Below are positions 22,301 through 33,800 of a stretch of DNA of 64,000 nucleotides, one piece after another. The first letter of the stretch is position 1. Each line of letters starts with the position of its first letter. This DNA is from Phaeosaccion multiseriatum (Eukaryota; Protista; Ochrophyta, other classes), in the NCBI GenBank assembly GCA_965112735.1, contig OZ218961.1:2728001-2792000 (forward strand). Reading direction: 5' to 3'. The notes beneath the pieces were generated by a model that worked only from the letters and a program-made list of their open reading frames with translations, was not told the origin of the DNA and made no database searches. The position numbers were made by a program, and so were the translations under genes.

Positions 22301-24630
22301 CCCTCCTCCTCTACCACTACCACCTGGTCCCCCGCCTCCTCATGCACCTGCTGCTGCTGCTGCTGCTGCTGCTGCGGGGAGGATATCTGCCGTAGCTCAT
22401 CCTGCCGCTTCCACGTGGCGAGAGCCCAGCAAAATTTGGCCAGGGGCGATGGCCGAAAGTCCCTAAATCGCTCCTCCGCCCGGCCCAACAGCGCCAACGC
22501 CAACTCCTGCTGCAGGCCGTACGTGGAGCCCGTGCTTCCGTGGTGGCCGTGGCTACCGTGGCGGGTGTTGATACCTGCACCCATGGGCCCAGTCTCGCCC
22601 TCGCTGGTTGCCGCTTCTCCGGTCTCGGCGCCTTCGAAGGAGGGGTTGCGGCCCACACCAAGGGAGTCCTCTTCTCCTCGCGCCCGCCTTTGCAGATGAG
22701 GGTGGTCATGGGCGAGACTGGTTTGGGCGGAGGCGCTATTGACAGGTCCTCTCTCTCCGCCTTCTTGATCCACCCCCCCCACCCCGGTCTCTGTGTCCAT
22801 TCCACCTGGTAATGAGTGAGCCCCTAACCCCTCACTGTTACTAATACTGGCACCACTGCTCCTTCTTTGGTGGTCGAAGCTGAAGAAGCCAGCGCGGGTC
22901 AGCCCCCACGCCAGCTTGGAAACATCCGCAGCGCACATGACTGAGATTTCCCCCAGACTCTCCCTCGCCAACTTTGTAAACAGTGCCGGAGGTCGCGGGT
23001 GAATGTCGCCGAAAGTCGAGGCCAGACTCGCGAGCTCTTTCCCCTTGAGCTCCCCTGCCTGCAGGGCCATCACCCTTGCAGCAATAGCCGTGAAGATTGC
23101 ATGCCGTCCCCCACTACTGTTGCCTCTGGATACCACTCCTCCACCGTCTCCTGCATCGCTTGTTTCGTCAGCTCCTTCCCCCCTACCGGCGCCGACATCC
23201 ACATCCACACCAGCGCCCTCGACAACACCGCTGCTGCCTCTGTTTCCCTCACCATCCTCCTCATCGCCGTCGTCCTGATCACCGCCACCAAAGCCGTACT
23301 CGCACACCCGCAGAGACCATGCCAAGTTCCCTAGGTCATGTGGGGGAAGCGACTCAAGCTGCGGGGCCAGTACAGCAACGGCGGCAGGCACGACACCGTC
23401 GTCGGCGTATTCGAGCTTGGTGCGTGCGTAGGCAAAGGCTAAGATACAGGTCGAGACATCCGTCACGGACATGACCGCACTCCGCATGGCCGCTTGCCTC
23501 TCCTCGAGAGGCGAAGACGATGACGGAGATGGCGGAGAGGGTGGTGATGCAACGGTGGAGCTATCTGAACGCTCATCCTCTCCCACTTGTGCTGGGGGGG
23601 GGTGTTTAGCAGACTCTGCTAAGAGAGAGGCCGAGGCCAGAGAAGACGCCTCCATCCTGTGCGTCAGCTCCTCGTCAATAGAGTGCAGCAGCGCGTCCCT
23701 TCCCTGACACCCCAGAAGCGACAGCGACCACACCGCCTTGCTGAGCGAGGCGGTATCCACCTCGCCCTCTGTGGCAACATCCCCCCTCCCCACCAGCCCG
23801 TCATCTCCGACAATGAGGGAGCTCTCCAGTACCTCCAGTAAGCGCTCAAAGCGGTGGGCATCCTTGCCTACAGATGTGGCTCCTCCTCCCATCTTGCCAC
23901 TGCCCCCTTCTCCTCCTGCGCGAGCCTCTCTTCCGAGTGTGCCAGCCGCAAAGCCCTCCTCTTCCTCTCCAGGGGGGAGAGACGCAAGCCGGTAGAGGAC
24001 CAGGGCGGCCAGCGTTCCGTCCTCCGCAGTGGCTCGTGATATACGGAGCATATCTGTGAGTGACAACGCAGTAAAGAAATAATCAGAAGCCCGTCGATTT
24101 CAACACTTCCCTTTCTCCCTCCTTTCTTGCCCACTGCGCTCCCGCCTCCCCCGGGCTTACCACCCAAAACCCCTCCTCTTACCATCGACATTTGTCTTGA
24201 TGGCGGGGATACTCTCAGACAGCTTCAGCAAGGCCGTTCGAGAGCTCGCAACCGCGATGAGCTCGCTCAGGGATGGGGGGGGTGCGGGTGCTGCTGGTGC
24301 TTCTGCTGGTGCTGCTTCTACTGCTGGAGCTGCTGCTGCTGCTTCTGCAGCTACTTCTGCTGTCCCTTCTCTTATTCCTGCTACTGGTCCTTCTCCGGCG
24401 GGGCTGAGAGAGCCTCCTCGCACCAACGACACGTGGGTCGCACTCGTCGCTCTCGTTCTCAATACCTCGCGCGCACTCGCACTGTGCATGGAGCATGAGG
24501 ATCCTTCCGCCGCTTCGCTCAATGAGTGCGTAGCAACGCATTGGGAACAGAAGAGGACGATCGCCGTCCCTCTTAGCTTCTTCATGTCGTGCTCAATAAA
24601 ATCAACTTCCTCACTTTGGTGGTGGCCCAT
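19399..24630 (-). CDS. OPR/HPR-type helical-repeat (organellar RNA-binding-like) protein
   Basis: About 13 degenerate repeats of the F.P..L....WA.A.LG type, e.g. LPPHDLGNLAWSL, FRPSPLAKFCWALAT, LPLEHLTRLAWAHATIGH, FSSEDLAHVIWALGALGY, CTPQELCRVMWATASLR and FTPPEMRDILWALSF. Exons are about 24183-24630 (alternative ATG 24585), 21512-24053, 21175-21289, 19922-~20720 (acceptor uncertain) and 19399-19659. Confidence 0.72.
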
Positions 24631-24880
24631 AGGCTTTGGATTTTGAGCTTCTCAAATGACAACATACGAATGACCAATATTAACGGTTAAGCACAAACAC
24701 TAGTTGCCCATAGGGGGAGTTCCTGGACCATTTGAATCATTACGAGGAGGAGTGGAATAGGAAAGGGACTGCTGCGCAGACAGCAAGCTCTCGCGATCGC
24801 CGCACCCCGGCCGCAGAAAGGGTTTGTTAAAATTAAAAAAAGCGGGTTGTGAAATTGGGTGAGCTATCTAGGAGGCGGCC
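24631..24880. promoter_or_regulatory. Putative bidirectional promoter between the OPR gene and the giant gene
   Basis: A relatively AT-rich gap of about 250 bp between divergent start codons. Confidence 0.4.
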
Positions 24881-27800
24881 ATGGCGAATCCCTTCTCAGT
24901 CGTAGGTAAGTGAAGCACGCCATCATCGGATCCGACAGTAGAGCAGTAGCAGCAGCAACAGTACCAACAACAGTAGTGGCAACAGCAGCGCCCAACTCCC
25001 CCCTCCTCTTCGTATTCCCCCCCTCCGCGATCTTCCTGGGGCAGAGGACCCATAGAAAATGAGCAAAAAGGGGGGAGCAGGATCGTATAAAAGCTCTTTA
25101 GAACATGAGCAAAAGGGGGGGAGCAGGATAGCATACAAGCTCTTTAGTACCGAAGAGGCATCTCTGAGCTTTCCTTGGTGGTTGTACAGCGCCTCCTCCT
25201 CCTCCTCCTGCTGCTGCTGCTGCTGCTCCTGCTGCTGCTGCTCCTGCTGCTGCTCAACTATCCCTTCTCCCTCATGTCCTTCAACTTGGCCCCGCTATAG
25301 TCGTCGATTGCCGCAACCTGGAGCCAGTGGGAGAGAGCACCTACGTGGAGGTTCAGCTCATCGTCCCTGGAGAGAGACACCGCGCTCAGGGATGCAGCGC
25401 TGTGGACGAGGCCGTCAATCCCGTGTGGGAGGAGGAGCACCTAGCCTTGTGAGTCAACAGCCCCAGCTAACCTCCTTCATGTTGGGCATAAGTATGGCAG
25501 CGCGACCTCCATGCGTCCTTTCCCTGACAAACCGCAATACTTTGACTTGCTGCTTCTGTCTTGAACTTCATCCCCACCATGTGCTTTGGCAGCGATACCG
25601 ACTCCACAGGGCGCGTCGGAGATGTGGAGATGCGAGTATTCCAAACCGATGGACGGGGAGCCACGCCACAGCTGGTGGGAGAGTGTATACAACCCTTAAG
25701 CAAGCTCATTGGGAACCTGCACCGCAAGACCTTTCGGTTGCAGGCAGCGGGAGGAGGAAGCAGCAAGGGCGTCATCCGAATTAGCACGGCCTACGGTGAC
25801 GAGGACGAGCGAGGCCGGAGAGAAACAGGGGACCTAGATGATCTCGAGGAAGGAATGACGTGTGAGGTCAACTACAAGGGAAGTGGTCAGTACTACCCCG
25901 GACAGATCACTCGGCTGCACAGCGATGGAACGTGCGACATCAACTACGACGACGGAGAGAAGGAGACGCGCGTGGAGCCCTCCTCCATCAGGGGGGCACA
26001 GAACGCTCCTCCCTCGCCGCGCAGTCGGAATCAAAGTCCTACCATGAGAGCGAGTCGAGGTAGAGGGGATGCTCATGAAGCGAATAAGGGCCGCAACAAG
26101 CTGGAGGAGGGCATGAAGGTGGAGGCCAACTATAGAGGCAAAGGGCGGTACTACCCTGGGCGTATCGCTCGCGTGCACCGAGACGGCACTTGCGACATTG
26201 ATTATGACGATGGCGATAAGGCGCTGAGGATGGAGCCTGATATGGTGAGGGTCAAGGGGGGAGGAGCGAGTCGAGGAGCGAGTCGAGGAAGGGGAGCCGC
26301 TCAGGACAGCGAGGATGAGGGCAGCAACAAGCTGGAGGAGGGCATGAAGGTGGAGGCCAACTATAGAGGCAAAGGGCGGTACTACCCTGGGCGTATCGCT
26401 CGTGTACACCGAGACGGCACTTGCGACATTGATTACGACGATGGCGAGAAGGAGAGAATGCTTGAGCCGAGCCTCGTCAGAGTAAAGGGCAGAGGGAGAT
26501 CGGGAAGCCCTGTCAGAGCCAGAGCCGGTGCGGCATCGACAGAGAAGCTGGCCGTGGGTGATAGGGTGGAGGGCAACTACAAAGGCAAGGGGCGGTGGTA
26601 CAAGGGCAAGATCTCTCGCGCCTGGCTCAATGGATCATACGATATCGAGTACGATGACGGTGAGAAGGAGACCAGGGTAGCCAGGGAGCTGATCAGAGAG
26701 CGCGATGGAGGAGGCGGTAGGAGAGGAGGAGCAGCTCAGGAGAGCGAGGATGAGGGCCGCACAAGGCTGGAGGAGGGCATGAAGGTGGAGGCCAACTATA
26801 GAGGCAAAGGGCGGTACTACCCTGGGCATATCGCTCGCGTACACAGAGACGGTACCTGCGACATTGACTATGACGACGGCGATAAGGCGATGAGGATGGA
26901 GCCTGATATGGTGAGGGTCAAGGGGGGAGGAGCGAGTCGAGGAGCGAGTCGAGGAAGGGGAGCCGCTCAGGACAGCGAGGATGAGGGCAGCAACAAGCTG
27001 GCGGAGGGCATGAAAGTGGAGGCCAACTATAGAGGCAAAGGGCGGTACTACCCTGGGCGTATCGCTCGTGTACACCGAGACGGCACCTGCGACATTGACT
27101 ACGACGATGGCGATAAGGCCATGAGGATGGAGCCTGATATGGTGAGGGTCAAGGCGGGAGGAGCGAGTCGAGGAAGGGGGGCCGCTCAGGACAGCGAGGA
27201 TGAGGGCAGCAACAAGCTGGAGGAGGGTATGAAGGTGGAGGCCAACTACAGAGGCAAAGGGCGGTACTACCCTGGGCGTATCGCTCGTGTACACCGAGAC
27301 GGCACTTGCGACATTGATTACGACGATGGCGAGAAGGAGAGAATGCTTGAGCCGAGCCTCGTCAGAGTAAAGGGCAGAGGGAGATCGGGAAGCCCTGTCA
27401 GAGCCAGAGCCGGTGCGGCATCGACAGAGAAGCTGGCTGTGGGTGATAGGGTGGAGGGCAACTACAAAGGCAAGGGGCGGTGGTACAAGGGCAAGATCTC
27501 TCGCGCCTGGCTCAATGGATCATACGATATCGAGTACGATGACGGTGAGAAGGAGACCAGGGTAGCCAGGGAGCTGATCAGAGAGCGCGATGGAGGAGGC
27601 GGTAGGAGAGGAGGAGCAGCTCAGGACAGCGAGGATGAGGGAAGGGGCAAGCTGGAGGAGGGCATGAAGGTGGAGGCCAACTACAGAGGCAAAGGGCGGT
27701 ACTATCCTGGGCGTATCGCTCGTGTACACCGAGACGGCACCTGCGACATTGACTATGACGATGGCGATAAGGCGATGAGGATGGAGCCTGATATGGTGAG

Positions 27801-30800
27801 GGTCAAGGGGGGAGGAGCGAGTCGAGGAGCGAGTCGAGGAAGGGGAGGAGCTCAGGACAGCGAGGATGAGGGCAGCAACAAGCTGGAGGAGGGTATGAAG
27901 GTGGAGGCCAACTACAGAGGCAAAGGGCGGTACTACCCTGGGCGTATCGCTCGCATACACCGAGACGGCACTTGCGACATTGATTATGACGATGGTGAGA
28001 AGGCGATGAGGATGGAGCCTGACATGGTGAGGGTCACGGGGGGAGGAGCGAGTCGAGGAGCGAGTCGAGGAAGGGGAGGAGCTCAGGACAGCGAGGATGA
28101 GGGCAGCAACAAGCTGGAGGAGGGCATGAAGGTGGAGGCCAACTACAGAGGCAAAGGGCGGTACTACCCTGGGCGTATCGCTCGCGTGCATCGAGACGGC
28201 ACCTGCGATATTGATTACGACGATGGTGATAAGGCGGTGAGGATGGAGCCTGATATGGTGAGGGTCAAGGGGGGAGGAGCGAGTCGAGGAGCGAGTCGAG
28301 GAAGGGGAGGAGCTCAGGACAGCGAGGATGAGGGCAGCAACAAGCTGGAGGAGGGCATGAAGGTGGAGGCCAACTACAGAGGCAAAGGGCGGTACTACCC
28401 TGGGCGTATCGCTCGCGTGCATCGAGACGGCACCTGCGATATCGACTATGATGATGGTGAGAAGGAGAGAATGCTTGAGCCGAGCCTCATCAGAGTAAAG
28501 GACAGAGGGAGATCGGGAAGCCCTGTCAGAGCCAGAGCCGGTGCGGCATCGACAGAGAAGCTGGCTGTGGGTGATAGGGTGGAGGGCAACTACAAAGGCA
28601 AGGGGCGGTGGTACAAGGGCAAGATCTCTCGCGCCTGGCTCAATGGATCATACGATATCGAGTACGATGACGGTGAGAAGGAGACCAGGGTAGCCAGGGA
28701 GCTGATCAGAGAGCGCGATGGAGGGAGAGAAGGAGGAAGGGCCGGTCAGGACAGCGAGGATGAGGGAAGGGGCAAGCTGGAGGAGGGCATGAAGGTGGAG
28801 GCCAACTATAGAGGCAAGGGGCGGTACTACCCTGGGCGTATCGCTCGTGTACACAGAGACGGCACCTGCGACATTGACTATGACGATGGCGATAAGGCGC
28901 TGAGGATGGAGCCTGATATGGTGAGGGTCAAGGGGGGAGGAGCGAGTCGAGGAGCGAGTCGAGGAAGGGGAGGAGCTCAGGACAGCGAGGATGAGGGCAG
29001 CAACAAGCTGGAGGAGGGCATGAAGGTGGAGGCCAACTACAGAGGCAAAGGGCGGTACTACCCTGGGCGTATCGCTCGTGTACACAGGGACGGTACCTGC
29101 GACATTGATTACGACGATGGTGATAAGGCGATGAGGATGGAGCCTGGCATGGTGAGGGTCAAGGGCAGGGGGACATCAGGAAGCCCCGTCAGAGCCAGAG
29201 CAGGCGCCTCGTCGACAGAGAAGCTGGCCGTGGGTGATAGGGTGGAGGGCAACTACAAAGGCAAGGGGCGGTGGTACAAGGGCAAGATCTCTCGCGCCTG
29301 GCTCAATGGGTCATACGATATCGAGTACGATGACGGCGAGAAGGAGACCAGGGTAGCCAGGGAGCTGATCAGAGAGCGCGATGGAGGAGGCGGTAGGAGA
29401 GGAGGAGCAGCTCAGGATAGCGAGGATGAGGGAAGGGGCAAGCTGGAGGAGGGCATGAAGGTGGAGGCCAACTACAGAGGCAAAGGGCGGTACTACCCTG
29501 GGCGTATCGCTCGCGTACACCGAGACGGCACCTGCGACGTTGACTACGACGATGGCGATAAGGCCATGAGGATGGAGCCTGATATGGTGAGGGTCAAGGG
29601 GGGAGGAGCGAGTCGAGGAGCGAGTCGAGGAAGGGGAGGAGCTCAGGACAGCGAGGATGAGGGCAGCAACAAGCTGGAGGAGGGCATGAAGGTGGAGGCC
29701 AACTACAGAGGCAAAGGGCGGTACTACCCTGGTCGTATCGCTCGTGTACACCGAGACGGCACCTGCGACATTGATTACGACGATGGCGAGAAGGAGAGAA
29801 TGCTTGAGCCGAGCCTCGTCAGAGTAAAGGGCAGAGGGAGATCGGGAAGCCCTGTCAGAGCCAGAGCCGGTGCGGCATCGACAGAGAAGCTGGCCGTGGG
29901 TGATAGGGTGGAGGGCAACTACAAAGGCAAGGGGCGGTGGTACAAGGGCAAGATCTCTCGCGCCTGGCTCAATGGATCATACGATATCGAGTACGATGAC
30001 GGTGAGAAGGAGACCAGGGTAGCCAGGGAGCTGATCAGAGAGCGCGATGGAGGGAGAGAAGGAGGAAGGGCCGGTCAGGAGAGCGAGGATGAGGGAAGGC
30101 GCAAGCTGGAGGAGGGTATGAAGGTGGAGGCCAACTACAGAGGCAAAGGGCGGTACTACCCTGGGCGTATCGCTCGCGTACACAGAGACGGCACCTGCGA
30201 CATTGACTATGACGATGGTGAGAAGGCGATGAGGATGGAGCCTGATATGGTGAGGGTCAAGGGGGGAGGAGCGAGTCGAGGAGCGAGTCGAGGAAGGGGA
30301 GGAGCTCAGGACAGCGAGGATGAGGGTCGTACAAGGCTGGAAGAGGGCATGAAGGTGGAGGCCAACTACAGAGGCAAAGGGCGGTACTACCCTGGGCGTA
30401 TCGCTCGCATACACCGAGACGGCACCTGCGACATTGATTATGACGATGGCGATAAGGCGATGAGGATGGAGCCTGACATGGTGAGGGTCAAGGGCAGGGG
30501 GACATCAGGAAGCCCCGTCAGAGCCAGAGCAGGCGCCTCATCGACAGAGAAGCTGGCTGTGGGTGATAGGGTGGAGGGCAACTACAAAGGCAAGGGGCGG
30601 TGGTACAAGGGCAAGATCTCTCGCGCCTGGCTCAATGGGTCATACGATATCGAGTACGATGACGGTGAGAAGGAGACCAGGGTAGCCAGGGAGCTGATCA
30701 GAGAGCGCGATGGAGGAGGCGGTAGGAGAGGAGGAGCAGCTCAGGACAGCGAGGATGAGGGCAGCAACAAGCTGGAGGAGGGCATGAAGGTGGAGGCCAA

Positions 30801-33800
30801 CTATAGAGGCAAAGGGCGGTACTACCCTGGGCGTATCGCTCGTGTACACCGAGACGGCACCTGCGACATTGATTACGACGATGGCGAGAAGGCGCTGAGG
30901 ATGGAGCCTGATATGGTGAGGGTCAAGGGGGGAGGAGCGAGTCGAGGAGCGAGTCGAGGAAGGGGAGGAGCTCAGGACAGCGAGGATGAGGGCAGCAACA
31001 AGCTGGAGGAGGGCATGAAGGTGGAGGCCAACTATAGAGGCAAAGGGCGGTACTACCCTGGGCGTATCGCTCGTGTACACAGAGACGGCACTTGCGATAT
31101 TGATTATGACGATGGTGAGAAGGCGATGAGGATGGAGCCTGACATGGTGAGGGTCAAGGGGGGAGGAGCGAGTCGAGGAGCGAGTCGAGGAAGGGGGGCC
31201 GCTCAGGACAGCGAGGATGAGGGCAGCAACAAGCTGGAGGAGGGCATGAAGGTGGAGGCCAACTACAGAGGCAAAGGGCGGTACTACCCTGGGCGTATCG
31301 CTCGTGTACACAGGGACGGCACCTGCGACATTGACTACGACGATGGCGATAAGGCGATGAGGATGGAGCCTGACATGGTGAGGGTCAAGGGCAGGGGGAC
31401 ATCAGGAAGCCCCGTCAGAGCCAGAGCCGGTGCGGCATCGACAGAGAAGCTGGCCGTGGGTGATAGGGTGGAGGGCAACTACAAAGGCAAGGGGCGGTGG
31501 TACAAGGGCAAGATCTCTCGCGCCTGGCTCAATGGATCATACGATATTGAGTACGATGACGGCGAGAAGGAGACCAGGGTAGTCAGGGAGCTGATCAGAG
31601 AGCGCGATGGAGGGAGGGAAGGAGGAGGCGGAGGAAGAGAGAGACGAAATGAGAGCAGGGGGCGGCGGACAGGATCGATCGGAGACAGCGAGGATGAGGA
31701 GCGTGCAAAGCCGCGCAGTGGGAGCAGAACGAGAAGGACAAGTAGAGGCAGAGAGGACGAAGAGGCTGTGAGGAAGGCGCGAACAAGGCGGTTTGGAGGG
31801 GGGAGCGACAGAAGCGATGAAGAGGAGGACGACAGCAGCGTTGGGGGTGGAGGAAGGCGGAGAAAGAGAGGCAGAGATGATGGAAGGGACAGCGGAAGAG
31901 GAGGCGGGGGAGGAGAAGGAGTGGGCCGATCGTACTCCAGTCGCAGCCGGGATGGGCGGCGACGGCGGGGAGAAGATGGGGATGAAGATGAGGATGAGGC
32001 ATCTGAGGGGGAGGAAGGACGGGAGGAGGGGCGGCGGAAGCGCAAGCAGCCGCTCATCAAGAGGAAGGATGAAGTCAAGTGTTGTTGGAGGAGAACCAAC
32101 GCCTATGCCCGGGCGAAGCGGACCGCGGTGTGGAAGGAAGGAACGGTACTAGCGGCGCACTCGGATGGAACGTTCTCCATTCGGTATAGAGACGGAGGGG
32201 CGATGGTGGACGATGCCCCCGCGGACACCGTCAAACTGAAATTCAACAACGAGGGTGAGGGCAGCAGCAGCACCCGCAGCACCAGAACGAAGAAGAGGAA
32301 GGGTGGGAGTGAAGAAGAAGGAAGCAGTGGAGATGACGAGGAGGGAGGGGGAGGAAGGCGCGGGGGCCGAAGCGGGGTCAAGCGGGGCCGGTCCACAGTG
32401 ACGACAAAAGCTCCGGCGGCGGACGGGTGGGCCTTTGTGCATCACATGGCGGAAACCTTGTACGAGCGTAAGGCCATAAGTAAGAAGCCCCCCCCCCTGG
32501 AAAAAATTGAGCGGGAAGTTCGCCGGGAGGAGCGGGAGCAGGAGATGAAGGACGAGGAGGAAACCAAGGAGGGTGGCGTCGACTTGAATGTCGAGCGCAT
32601 CGAAAAAATCCTGGGGAGGAGAGAGATGTTGCGCCTCCGCGACGCCTTCGTGCAGTCTGATGTCGATGATGTGGGCGACTTGGACACAGGGGCGGCAGCG
32701 GCAGCGTACCTTCGACTGGGGAGGAGGGTGGCCAAGGAGGACGTGAAGCGCTACCTTCGAGCGGCCTATCCGGACAGGTACAAACAGGCAGCCATGCGCC
32801 ACTCGGTGGGATTTACGGACTTCGTCAAGGCATTTGCGTGGGTGTTTTATAGCGAGAGCCTGTTGAAGGACATGGGCATCGGGGAGGACGAGGAGGAGGA
32901 GGAGGAGGAGGAGGGGGAGGAGGAGGGGGGGGGGGCGTGGAGTGAAGACTCGGAGAGGCGGAGAGCGAGCGGAAAGAAGCGCTCTGTGCGAGGCAGCAGC
33001 ATCAGCAGGGGAGGGGGGGGGTCTCGGTCCTACTCACCCACCAAGCGGAGCGGAGGAGCAGGAGGAGGAGGGCGCACGCGAAGGGTTGGTTTCGGGTTAG
33101 GCCAGGGAGGGGGAGGAGGAGGAGTAGGCGGAGGAGGAGAGGGAGGAGGGGGAGGATTGGAGATGTGGGCCCAGAGGATGGGACGAAAAGAGATGAGCAA
33201 GGTGGAGCGGGTGTTCGAAAGGAGGGCTACGGAGGGGAGGGAGGGGAGGCGCGGCCTCAAGGTGAGTCAGTGAGTGAGTGAGTGAGTGAGTGAGTGAGTG
33301 AGTGAGTGAGTGAGTGAGTGAGTGAGTGAGTGAGTGAGTTAGCGAGTGAGTGAGTGAGTGAGTGAGTGAGTGAGTGAGTGAGTGAGTGAGTGAGTAAGTG
33401 TGTTAGTGAGTGAGTGAGTGAGCGAGTGAGTGAGTGAGTGAGTGAGTGAGTGAATGAGTGAGTGAGTGAGTGAGTGAGTGAGTGGGTGAGTGAGTGAGTG
33501 AGTGAGTGAGTGAGGGAGGGAGGGAGGGAGGGAGGGAGGGAGGGCAGAGAAGAGGGGAGGGGAGGCCCACTCACCCGTGTAGAGGGGCAGAGAGCGAGAC
33601 GCACACACCTGTACACACCTACTCACCCACGCACACACGCACCCGTACCTCCACACACCTACGCACGCACGCACCCACACCCACATCCTTACACACCTTC
33701 GCACCCCCGCATCACACACACACATGTATACACACCCACGCACGCACACACATACACACGCACGCACGCACACGCACACACGCACGCACCATCCCGTAGG

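Noticed and set aside
25834-31311. Repeated minus-strand ORFs (MYTSDTPRVVPPF...)
   Set aside because: Antisense shadows of the Tudor array. Their periodicity mirrors the plus-strand repeats and they carry no domain signal.
25843-31605. Possible CRISPR or non-coding satellite array
   Set aside because: Units are over 200 bp, in frame, vary mostly at synonymous sites and have no unique spacers. The context is eukaryotic.
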